Source of the DNA: Euryarchaeota archaeon TMED192
Lineage (GTDB): Archaea > Thermoplasmatota > Poseidoniia > Poseidoniales > Thalassarchaeaceae
Assembly: GCA_002170775.2 (NCBI GenBank)
Contig: NHIP02000003.1
Span: forward strand, 221,776-271,404
Direction of reading: 5' to 3'
Length of the DNA stretch: 49,629 bases
In this document: in pieces, positions 28,401 through 36,066 of the stretch
Position numbering within the stretch: the first letter of the stretch is position 1
Layout: each line of letters begins with the position of its first letter
Translations under genes and position numbers: made by a program
The notes under the pieces: model-generated
Databases searched by the model: none
Told to the model about the DNA's origin: nothing
Seen by the model: only the letters and a program-made list of their open reading frames with translations

Positions 28401-29360
28401 TCTAGAATTGGGTTTTATCGCCCTGTGTTTCAGATTGGCTTCTTCGGCTGTATCCTTCTTGCCCTTAGATGCCAGGATATCTATGAAATCCCATCCTTCC
28501 ACACCCAGTCTGTCTGTGTGCTTCTTGATTTTAGGAGCCTTTAGACAGAGACCTTCAGCAATGACAAGAAGCACGCCTTGACGGATTCTGGATCCCTGTA
28601 TATTCGGCACCTCTCTATACCCGGCTACCTCAATCCTCTCAGTGCCCTCTCCATTCACCATGACCGGGCACGCCCTGACAATCATGTCCACTTCTTCTGG
28701 AGGAGGTTTGTACTGAAGCCCTCCTCGATAAAGGCCAAACTCTTCCTTGACTCGCTCTACTTCTCCATCACTTGGGTGATATCTATCCAGGCCTAATTCT
28801 CTTCTTATCACGTCACCGATGAGGACGCCCAAAGCTTGCGCCGTACCTCCTGCGGCTCTTATAGGGCCACAGAAGTCAATCGACAAAAAGGGAGTCCCAT
28901 CTTCGTGGTTATTGAGAATCTTGACTTCTCCTATCCCTTCCAAAGGAGCGACAAGTACTGCTTCTGTGAGGACGGCTAGACCGACTCTGAGACCCGTATC
29001 GATTGATTTCTGCAGATCTCCTGTCAATTCGTGCATCATTTTAGCAGACTCCCTGGCTATGGCGATGGAGGCAGACTCTCGATCTAGAGATTCCAATAAG
29101 TCCCTGAGTCTTTCTTCGATATCAAGAGGAGGTTTGTCTGGCTCTGGCCTTAGATATGCATCCAGTAGCCTAACTGTACGACTAGCAAGATCTTTGGCAC
29201 GAGGTATCTCGACCTCTGTCTTGAAATCTAATCCTTTCAACCTCGCCTGTGATGCAAGTTCGTAAATTGCGTCAGTCTGTGCCTCCATCATATCCAGATA
29301 TCCCTGGTATTCTGACTCCAAATGAGTCGTATCCAAGGTTGTATGTGATGGCTTATCCAT
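25440..29360 (-). CDS. polC: DNA polymerase D large subunit DP2
   Basis: Motifs GPIRAAGGTAQA, GGFRLRYGRSR, RIGARMGRPEKA and catalytic HAAKRRNCDGDED, Zn-finger cysteines, and a C-terminal PIP-like TLSDF. Start set at ATG 29360 because the longer ORF overlaps pyrE. Confidence 0.97.
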   Translation of the reverse strand: MDKPSHTTLDTTHLESEYQGYLDMMEAQTDAIYELASQARLKGLDFKTEVEIPRAKDLASRTVRLLDAYLRPEPDKPPLDIEERLRDLLESLDRESASIAIARESAKMMHELTGDLQKSIDTGLRVGLAVLTEAVLVAPLEGIGEVKILNNHEDGTPFLSIDFCGPIRAAGGTAQALGVLIGDVIRRELGLDRYHPSDGEVERVKEEFGLYRGGLQYKPPPEEVDMIVRACPVMVNGEGTERIEVAGYREVPNIQGSRIRQGVLLVIAEGLCLKAPKIKKHTDRLGVEGWDFIDILASKGKKDTAEEANLKHRAIKPNSRYMEDIIAGRPVFGEPCEPGGFRLRYGRSRTTGLAAAGLNPVSMHALGGFLSVGTQMKIERPGKACAVTPTSSVEGPMVILSDGNFKRIQSEEEWHRVKNEVELIWDAGEILIGFGEFLENNKPLVPSAYNRDWWASELAMKIDMPNKLDRLVEILDIDETEIPGGLPFNGAIKRGGETHHERERRRRDWDRLLRSAELSWKQSTMISEEFGTAIPPPWNLWWSDLPLAAIPTLLAAISASEMDSEKLIIPFLDDLETQSIDERSAPIIDRYGPIRFSLMRLGIEHRMSGKNIIIEKGWQPLFDTLADENQIDGHDTVLEIANRRLSAIREARDVLEAERKRIEQIEIVKTERRISAETEARQQNLGVEETEKIGEAAAAEIEDPGPPNPDELLTSKILIDDDEVEQSLWLVRKISKHRWEDSAPTRIGARMGRPEKAQRREMKQYTHALYPIGNNGGPQRLLGQIGKGALSVDVSIRRCIECGRDTHEITCRHDHGDGSGQCNGRTEIRRRKESNRRLGEKRHVQFTTILESARKNLGLNSLPRPMKATRELESRLQTPEPLEKGILRALHDVSVNKDGTSRFDMIDVPITHFRPSEIGTPWRTLLDLGYTKDMDGEPLSSDEQILEIFPQDIILSTNAEDHLSRTCRFVDDELTKMYDMQSFYKYEGKQDLVGHLAIGLAPHTSGGVLCRIIGWSDASAGYAHPLFHAAKRRNCDGDEDCVMLLLEGLLNFSRDILPSNRGGQMDAPLVLTTQLLPSQIDKEALNVDCSWMYPPEFYEATMSQLHPSEVKHIVDMVDNRVGTVGDVRGYGWTHDSAGLSSGPSNSQYKILDTMREKMDAQLALASQLRAVSVERVAKQVIESHFLRDIRGNLVAFSRQKIRCVKCNTSYRRIPLSGSCIAKVARNNQTSRLDNSSDERHANVCGGNLTLTVFPKSVRKYIQVTNDVMDMYGIDLYTRQRVEWMQSSVDSLFDNDKVTVMTLSDFI

Positions 29361-29473
29361 GGGAATCAACAGACGAGTACAACAAGCCCCGGGATGGCGC
29401 CACAAGAACATTGGCGACGAAATGAGTTCTCGACGGCTAAGGTTCATTGGTCGAGAGCGCCGGTTACTGAAGG

Positions 29474-30058
29474 ATGGCGAATAGCGCAGAGGGAGTTCAA
29501 GGCCGACTTGCAGCGAGAGTTCGAGACCTTGCTTACCTTTACTCTCCGGACGAGCCATTCACTTTAGCGAGTGGCCGTGTAAGCCCTCACTTTTTTGATA
29601 TGAAGCCTGTTATGATGGATCCTGAATGTGCTCATTTGATTGGTATTTTGATACATGAGATATTAGGTGAAATAGGTGATGTGGACGCAGTCGGCGGCCT
29701 TGAATTGGGCGCGGTTCCCCTGACGGGGGTCGTCATCGCTAAATCATCAAAGGGGAGCGGACTTAGAGGCTTCATTGTTCGCAAAGAAGCGAAGGGCCGG
29801 GGAGGCAGGAAGACTGGTAATCCGGCAGGAATCGAAGGTTCGACCATAAGAGAAGGGGATCGGGTGGTTATACTCGAAGATGTGACGACTACTGGCGGCT
29901 CGGCCATAAAATGCGCAGAGAGGCTCCGTGAGCTTGGCTGCGATGTGGCAGCTTGTATTACGATCTTGGATCGAGAAGAAGGGGGTCAAGACGCTTTTCG
30001 ATCCGCAGGGATTAGCCTGCGCCCACTGATTCTACGCTCCGATGTTACGGGTGAGTGA
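29474..30058 (+). CDS. pyrE: Orotate phosphoribosyltransferase
   Basis: Motifs FTLASG, GGLELGAVP, FIVRKEAK and the PRPP motif ILEDVTTTGGS. Confidence 0.96.
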   Translation: MANSAEGVQGRLAARVRDLAYLYSPDEPFTLASGRVSPHFFDMKPVMMDPECAHLIGILIHEILGEIGDVDAVGGLELGAVPLTGVVIAKSSKGSGLRGFIVRKEAKGRGGRKTGNPAGIEGSTIREGDRVVILEDVTTTGGSAIKCAERLRELGCDVAACITILDREEGGQDAFRSAGISLRPLILRSDVTGE

Positions 30059-30454
30059 ATGTCAGAACATGTAATTGACTCTAGCCAACCATACCATCCA
30101 GAAAAGCTTGAGAAGAAAGAGTATGTTGGCGCATCTGCATATTTTGACTTGGATTTGAGATCTGGAATTATTCTGAAGGTCGAAGAATTTCCAGAGATGC
30201 GTAAACCCTCATACAAAATTGAGGTTGACTTTGGACCAGTGATTGGCAAACTTTGGAGTTCGGCTCAAATTACAAATTATTCCCGTGAAGAGTTGCTAGG
30301 ACGAGTTGTGGTCGGAGTATTAAATCTAGGGGGCAAGACATTGCCAACTGGATTTGTAAGTCAATTCCTAGTCTTGGGAGCATTGGATCCCGATGGCGCA
30401 GTTAGGCTGTTAGAACTTCCAAAAGAGGTAATGATTGGGTCGATGGTTGCATAA
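30059..30454 (+). CDS. csaA: tRNA-binding / export chaperone CsaA (OB fold)
   Basis: Motifs DLRSG, RKPSYK, DFGPVIG, SSAQIT and SQFLVLG. Confidence 0.88.
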   Translation: MSEHVIDSSQPYHPEKLEKKEYVGASAYFDLDLRSGIILKVEEFPEMRKPSYKIEVDFGPVIGKLWSSAQITNYSREELLGRVVVGVLNLGGKTLPTGFVSQFLVLGALDPDGAVRLLELPKEVMIGSMVA

Positions 30455-30498
30455 AATCACATCGTTAGAATATTGGACTGCTTACTATTGGCAGTAGC

Positions 30499-30990
30499 AT
30501 GCCGACCATGGTTAGGATGACAACGAGTGCTGGAGATATCGATATTGCATTGTATACTGAGGACTGCCCGGAGACAACCGGCAATTTCCTCAGATTAGTT
30601 GACGATGAGTTCTACAACGGACTACACTTTCATCGTGTGATCAAGAGTTTCATGATTCAAGGGGGATGCCCGAGATCAAAAGATCCGTACGATGGGAGGG
30701 CCGGTACAGGCGGCCCCGGCTGGAAAATACCTTGCGAGACTTCCGCGCTGGCGAAGAAGCACGACAGGCCGGGGCTATTTTCTATGGCAAACGCGGGCCC
30801 CAATACTGGTGGCTCACAATTCTTTCTAACCACTGTTCCAACTCCATGGCTAGATGGCAATCATGCGATTTTTGGAGAGGTTGTATCTGGTATGGAGAAT
30901 GTGTATAACATCGAGAACTGCGATACAAAACCCGGAGATAGACCTCGTGATCCTCAGAAAATCATCTCTGTTCAACGGTTAGGTGAATAA
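30499..30990 (+). CDS. Cyclophilin-type peptidyl-prolyl cis-trans isomerase
   Basis: Motifs FHRVIKSFMIQGG, SMANAGPNTGGSQFF and WLDGNHAIFG. Confidence 0.97.
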   Translation: MPTMVRMTTSAGDIDIALYTEDCPETTGNFLRLVDDEFYNGLHFHRVIKSFMIQGGCPRSKDPYDGRAGTGGPGWKIPCETSALAKKHDRPGLFSMANAGPNTGGSQFFLTTVPTPWLDGNHAIFGEVVSGMENVYNIENCDTKPGDRPRDPQKIISVQRLGE

Positions 30991-31001
30991 TCGCTGAAAG
31001 G

Positions 31002-31046
31002 TAATTCAATAATTAGTTTTATTAAATATTAATTAATAATAAAAAT
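31002..31046. promoter_or_regulatory. Extremely AT-rich leader/promoter with overlapping inverted repeats
   Basis: TAATTCAATAATTAGTTTTATTAAATATTAATTAATAATAAAAAT. It contains TTTTATTA-N12-TAATAAAA (31017-31044) and the perfect palindrome TATTAATTAATA (31027-31038), directly before the fumC ATG. Confidence 0.55.
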
Positions 31047-31047
31047 C

Positions 31048-32640
31048 ATGGCCAAGCATAGGGCGGGAAATCGACGAATCATTAGCATTAGCATACCGGA
31101 AGATCTAGCGATCAAACTTGATCGTAGAGTTGGAAAGGGACGTTCGAAGGGTCGATCTGCGACCGTATCTCGTTTGATAGAACAGAGTTTGGAAGGTAAT
31201 ATCTCCCCGCCCACCTCAGTTCCAGCTGCTCCTCTGAATGGAAGTTTGCCTGGAAACACTCGAAAAGAAATTGACTCTCTTGGTGTAGTCGATGTTCCCG
31301 AAAATGCATACTATGGGGCCCAAACGGCTAGATCGCTTGTCAACTTCGATATTGGTTCGGACATCATGCCGCGGTCGATGATACGAGCTTTTGGTCTCCT
31401 GAAACAGGCTGCTGCAAGGGCTAATGTCGAATTGGGGGATCTAGATGAAGAAATAGGAAGTCTGATTTCTAGAAGTTGTGAAGAGGTCATTTCAGGTTCA
31501 CTAGACGCACATTTTCCACTTCGTATATGGCAAACAGGTTCGGGAACTCAGACAAATATGAATGCCAACGAGGTTGTCTCTAATCGATCGATAGAAATGT
31601 CAGGAGGAGTCATAGGTTCGAAAGTCCCGGTTCATCCCAATGACCACGTAAATCGTGCTCAATCGAGCAATGATACGTTTCCAACTGCGATGCACATAGC
31701 AGCAGCGGAAGAAATCCATCATCGATTGATACCGGCGGTCAGACATCTCTTGGAACAATTGGACGACCGGCGGAGAGCGTTCGATCACATTGTTAAGATC
31801 GGCAGAACGCACCTCATGGATGCCGTTCCTCTTACTCTCGGTCAAGAGTTCTCAGGATATGTCTCAATGCTCAATGCAGATGTTAGTCGCTTAATCCGGG
31901 CGAAGGAGTCTTTGCTCGCTTTAGCGATCGGAGGGACTGCCGTTGGAACAGGGCTGAACACAAGAAGGAAATTCTCGGGATTGGTATGTGATCAAATTTC
32001 TGAAGAGACGGGATTATCATTCTACCCTGCTGAAAATAAATTTGCTGCGCTGGCAGGCCATGATGCTCTTCTGGAAGCTTCAGGGGCGATGGCAGGCCTT
32101 GCTTCCACGGTCATGAAGGTCGCGAATGATATCCGATGGATGGGATCTGGGCCCAGATCCGGATTCGGTGAATTGTCATTACCAGAGAATGAGCCCGGCT
32201 CCAGCATAATGCCTGGAAAGGTGAATCCTACCCAGGCAGAAGCCATTACGATGGTTGCATGCCAAGTTATTGGTAACCACACAGCGGTGACTGTGGGAGC
32301 GAGCCAGGGTAATTTTGAGTTGAACGTGTACAAGCCGATGATAATACACAATGTGTTGCACTCCTGCAGGCTTCTGACAGACTCTTGCATTTCCTTTGCA
32401 GATAAATGCGTGATCGGCCTAGAGGCCAATGAAGATAGGATCGGCGATTTAGTTGAAAGGTCCCTGATGCTAGTGACAGCATTGAATCCTCACATCGGAT
32501 ACGATAATGCAGCCAAAATAGCAAAGTATGCTCATGAAAAGGGGATTACTCTGAAGGAATCTGCCATAAAGTTGGACATGGTCACGGCAGAGGAATTTGA
32601 TAATTGGGTCAGACCAGAAGATATGATAGGGCCGAAATGA
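31048..32640 (+). CDS. fumC: Class II fumarate hydratase with an N-terminal ribbon-helix-helix domain
   Basis: FumC motifs [29 protein letters not shown] and [13 protein letters not shown]. Residues ~9-48 ([16 protein letters not shown]...[14 protein letters not shown]) form an RHH pattern. Confidence 0.95.
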   Translation: MAKHRAGNRRIISISIPEDLAIKLDRRVGKGRSKGRSATVSRLIEQSLEGNISPPTSVPAAPLNGSLPGNTRKEIDSLGVVDVPENAYYGAQTARSLVNFDIGSDIMPRSMIRAFGLLKQAAARANVELGDLDEEIGSLISRSCEEVISGSLDAHFPLRIWQTGSGTQTNMNANEVVSNRSIEMSGGVIGSKVPVHPNDHVNRAQSSNDTFPTAMHIAAAEEIHHRLIPAVRHLLEQLDDRRRAFDHIVKIGRTHLMDAVPLTLGQEFSGYVSMLNADVSRLIRAKESLLALAIGGTAVGTGLNTRRKFSGLVCDQISEETGLSFYPAENKFAALAGHDALLEASGAMAGLASTVMKVANDIRWMGSGPRSGFGELSLPENEPGSSIMPGKVNPTQAEAITMVACQVIGNHTAVTVGASQGNFELNVYKPMIIHNVLHSCRLLTDSCISFADKCVIGLEANEDRIGDLVERSLMLVTALNPHIGYDNAAKIAKYAHEKGITLKESAIKLDMVTAEEFDNWVRPEDMIGPK

Positions 32641-32712
32641 CGGTGCTAAGCATATCACTCAGAAAGACGGTCATAAGACACTCCTTCATCCGAAATGATT
32701 GATAGTCTGTTT

Positions 32713-33345
32713 GAGGGGACCACAAAGCGTCCGATTGGACAAGGTGGGAGCAACAGGGGGCTTGCCTATGGGGGAGCGAACCCCCTGCTGACTCCGCGGT
32801 TGGGGTTCACCCGGGCCCTAAGGCCCGGGTGTTCCCGGGTAGATGATTTGGGCGCTCGTTGTCCGCCTTCACCATTCGCCGATTAGGACGAAGTCCCCTT
32901 CGTCTTCACCGTATCCGCTTTTAGTCCTCAGATAATGTCCCTGATTTCCTCAGCGTCCGATGCCAGTCCTCCACGGATCTCTCCGCTCTCGTCCCTGGTG
33001 CGTTTCTTTCCCGTGTTTTACTCCGGTTCTTTCCCGCACTACGCTTCTAGGATTGTCTCCTCCCCCTTCTGCATTGCACCTCTTCGGGATAGTTTTCTGA
33101 TTCGGTTTGTGTTTTCCCCCCGAAGGGTTCGGTTGCGTTTTCCTCAGTTTCCTCCTCAAATTTGCTCTTCTTTCTTGCGTCAGAATTGCTCTTTTGTGGT
33201 TCTCCCGCATCCTTGTCACCCACAAGCAACAAGGTGTGTCCCCGACTTTTTACGGCCGGTTTCACCGCTCCGATCTCTTGGATCGGTTTTTGTGGCCCGC
33301 GGGAGGTGCCGAAGCCCTCCCACACCACTCCCCCGGAGCGGCAAA
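32713..33345 (-). ncRNA. Putative large structured non-coding RNA (~630 nt), family unrecognised
   Basis: No credible CDS in the 780-bp gap. At least seven hairpins, two cUUCGg loops, G-U pairs that work only on the minus strand, a long-range stem (33289-33298 with 32717-32726), purine-rich linkers, and a TATA-like element upstream. Ends are approximate. Confidence 0.65.
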
Positions 33346-33366
33346 GTCAACAGGGTAAGGGGTAGT

Positions 33367-33380
33367 CCATAAACCTTTCC
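33367..33380 (-). promoter_or_regulatory. Candidate BRE/TATA promoter for the putative ncRNA
   Basis: Minus strand GGAAAGG-TTTATGG lies about 30 nt upstream of the first hairpin (G33342). Confidence 0.4.
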
Positions 33381-33423
33381 TTGATATTGGAGCAGTCCAC
33401 TGGAAATGGGGGTCGATAACCCC

Positions 33424-34506
33424 TTATTTCTCTTCCAAGGAATTGTTCTTATCTCCAAATCTTAACATTCTAAGGCGTGCTCTAATCAAAGAGTCGTCGT
33501 CTTCTGAAAATTCTGATTTAGTGATTCTCCTCTTCAGAACATTCGTTTCCAAAAGGAGGATTTCTCCGTTTAGACAGCCCAACACTGTTCTATCCAAATG
33601 GCTGTGCACTACCGTTATCTCGTTGGTATGAGTCCAGTTCATTCGCATTTTCCCAATAGAGATCACGCCGGATAATTCGGGTTTCTTCATAGCTAACAAA
33701 GTCATCTCACCAGTGCTAGTGAGATATTGTGGAATGCCTTTCAATTGCTCGAGTAGGGGTTCTGTGTTCTCAGCACCCTCATTTTGATTATATGTGATCC
33801 ATCTTCCATCATGCATGAATCCTGCCAAAAACACGCGTTTCACTGTATCTATAATCTTGCCATTCTGATCAATCTGGATTGCTTGGAAATCTGAAGTTGT
33901 GAAGGACATGTGGTTGTCGGCAGATGTAGACGAACGTGATATTGGGGCTCTAGGAGTGCCTTCGAGATGGTGCAAGACATCATTCCCGGTTTGTATGGTA
34001 TATATTCCTGGTTGGGGTCTCCCCAACCCCAAGATGCAGCCTTGACCAAAGGCGTCTAATGTCCATGCTTTCGATTTCAAGGGGATCGATTGTTCGACTA
34101 TCCCCTTGCGTGGTTCGATTCGCATAATTCGGCATGCCACGTAATCTTCGATTTCAATCTCGTAAACAGAAGAAGTAACCCATAGCGATTGGCCGTCAAA
34201 TACAACGAGATCGCATGCACCGTCTACCGGGATTGACCAAATTAACGTGCCATCATCGGAATTAACCGCTGTTATGGATGCCCCGTGCGCAATCGCTACG
34301 ATCGCATCGGCGAATGCGATAGACGAGACAGATGGTTCGAGATTGATTGACCAGAGAGGGGCTCCATCTGAAACAGACCAAGCGGATGCTATTCCTTCAG
34401 TATCTCCGGCGATGAAGGACTCGGCGTTCTGTTCGATGGTTGTGACGGAAGATTTGAGAGACCTGACCAATGAAGACAAATCTGAAAGACGAGCGTTGCT
34501 ATTCAT
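33424..34506 (-). CDS. Beta-propeller (PQQ-like/WD40-like) repeat protein
   Basis: Repeated blade motifs AWSVSDGAPLW, AVNSDDGTLIW and VLGCLNGEILL. Confidence 0.75.
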   Translation of the reverse strand: MNSNARLSDLSSLVRSLKSSVTTIEQNAESFIAGDTEGIASAWSVSDGAPLWSINLEPSVSSIAFADAIVAIAHGASITAVNSDDGTLIWSIPVDGACDLVVFDGQSLWVTSSVYEIEIEDYVACRIMRIEPRKGIVEQSIPLKSKAWTLDAFGQGCILGLGRPQPGIYTIQTGNDVLHHLEGTPRAPISRSSTSADNHMSFTTSDFQAIQIDQNGKIIDTVKRVFLAGFMHDGRWITYNQNEGAENTEPLLEQLKGIPQYLTSTGEMTLLAMKKPELSGVISIGKMRMNWTHTNEITVVHSHLDRTVLGCLNGEILLLETNVLKRRITKSEFSEDDDSLIRARLRMLRFGDKNNSLEEK

Positions 34507-34521
34507 TTTTACACTTCACTC

Positions 34522-36021
34522 TCAGATTTCGATATCATACAAGCGCCGGACCTTGTCTGACAGATACTCGACAAATGGTTGTGGGGAAGGATATGTGCCC
34601 GTTGCCTCTTTGATGAGTTCAGTAGGCTCAAGGATGCTTCCTCTGGTGTGGATTTTCGATCTCATCCAACTAAGAAGAGGTTTGAAGTCTCCGTTTAACA
34701 CTCTCTCGTCGTGATCAGGGATGTCATCTCTTGCTGCTTCTAGTAATTGGGCAGCATAGAGGTTCCCGAGGGTATATGTCGGGAAGTAACCGATTGCCCC
34801 CATACACCAATGTATGTCTTGTAAAACCCCAATAGTACGATTTGGTGGTTTGATACCCAGATATTCTTCATACATTGCATCCCATGCATCTGGAATTTCA
34901 TCAACTTCTATATCCCCTTCGACCATTAGTTTCTCTAATTCATATCTGATCATAATGTGAAGATTGTAAGTTGCTTCATCTGATTCAGTGCGTATGTAGC
35001 TTGGTTGGATGGTGTTGACGCTTCTCCAAAGTATCTCTGGCGTAACGTCATCCATCTGCCCTGGAAAGCATTCCCTCCACATCGGAAGCACCCATTCACA
35101 GAATTGTATCGACCTGCCCACTTGATTTTCCCATAAACGAGATTGACTCTCATGGACGCCGAGGCCGCATGCTTTCCCTGCGGGTTGGAAGTCAAGATTC
35201 CTTGGACGGCCTTGTTCATAAGTGCCATGGCCTGTTTCATGCATTGAGCCAAACAAAGACCCAAACGGCTCTGATTCATCGTAGCGGGTTGTCCATCGAA
35301 CGTCGCTTGGATTGGGCCCTCCGCAGAAAGGATGTACTGACGCATCCCTCCTTCCGGCAGTGAAATCAAAGCCTATTGCTTCCGATACTCTTTGACTGAG
35401 TTGGGTTTGTGACGATTGTGACCATTTTGATCGTTCGACCCATGTCATATCTGGTTGTTTTCCAGATTCTGTGACTTTCTTGACGAGCGGCGCCACGCTG
35501 TCTCTTAGGCCATTGAAAAGCGGATTCAATCGGCTAACAGTGAGTCCGGTCTCGTATTGATCTAGAAGAGCATTGTATGGGGACTCGCTGTAACCAAAGT
35601 ATTCCGCTTTTCTACGTGTCATGTCGAGGATCTTCTCCATATCATCTCTAAATATAGAATAATCATCTTCTTCCCTTGCTTTGACCCATGTGTGATGAGC
35701 ATTGGATCTTAATCGGGCGAATTCTTCAACAAAATCTGCAGGAAGGCACGTGGCACGCTCATAGGAAACGGTCGCTAGCCTGAGGTTTGCAGCCTGTATC
35801 TGATCTAAAGAGGTTGAATCTAATTCAGATATCAACTCTCCAACTCGAGGATCGGTAATCTTCTCATGGACTGTTTTGGATATCCATGCCAGATGCTCTG
35901 CTCTGCTTTCCGCAGCGGCTTTGGGCATAATCACCTCTTGATCCCAGCTCAAAATACTCCCAATCTGAGATGCCAAATCGATATCTCTGAGTCGATTGAG
36001 TAGTTGCTCATACGAGTCCAT
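34522..36021 (-). CDS. Carboxypeptidase, family M32
   Basis: Motifs HPF, DVRWTTRY, HETGH (HEXXH), HESQSRLWEN, IRTESDE and GYFPTYTLGN; start at ATG 36021. Confidence 0.96.
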   Translation of the reverse strand: MDSYEQLLNRLRDIDLASQIGSILSWDQEVIMPKAAAESRAEHLAWISKTVHEKITDPRVGELISELDSTSLDQIQAANLRLATVSYERATCLPADFVEEFARLRSNAHHTWVKAREEDDYSIFRDDMEKILDMTRRKAEYFGYSESPYNALLDQYETGLTVSRLNPLFNGLRDSVAPLVKKVTESGKQPDMTWVERSKWSQSSQTQLSQRVSEAIGFDFTAGRRDASVHPFCGGPNPSDVRWTTRYDESEPFGSLFGSMHETGHGTYEQGRPRNLDFQPAGKACGLGVHESQSRLWENQVGRSIQFCEWVLPMWRECFPGQMDDVTPEILWRSVNTIQPSYIRTESDEATYNLHIMIRYELEKLMVEGDIEVDEIPDAWDAMYEEYLGIKPPNRTIGVLQDIHWCMGAIGYFPTYTLGNLYAAQLLEAARDDIPDHDERVLNGDFKPLLSWMRSKIHTRGSILEPTELIKEATGTYPSPQPFVEYLSDKVRRLYDIEI

Positions 36022-36066
36022 GGTGGGTGGAGGGGGACACGGCACATAATCGGGTGGCATGATGTG

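Noticed and set aside
29361-29558. N-terminal extension of DP2 in the ORF track (likewise for the aminotransferase, PriL, M32, STAND ATPase, trxA, aquaporin, RDD and aceE)
   Set aside because: The extensions overlap neighbouring genes or promoter gaps and lack family similarity; downstream ATGs give normal lengths.
32880-33150. Hammerhead ribozyme (CUGAGGA fits CUGAnGA)
   Set aside because: None of the three copies is followed by a stem II closed next to GAAA with a matching stem III/UH site.
32713-33345. RNase P RNA, SRP RNA or rRNA fragment as the identity of the structured region
   Set aside because: GAGGAAA occurs but is not followed by the P4 nUCC, and there is no 3' ACAnAAnnnnGCUUA. 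There is no SRP helix 8 (CAGG-GnRA-AGCA) and no recognisable rRNA universal sequence. This was judged by eye; cmscan is needed.
32695-33458. Eight overlapping short ORFs (e.g. 32935-33372 +, 33047-33328 -, 32950-33225 -)
   Set aside because: Their compositions (F/S/P-rich or E/K/R/G-rich) mirror the purine/pyrimidine strand bias and show no domain motifs. The RNA-structure evidence is stronger, though a short internal ORF cannot be fully excluded.
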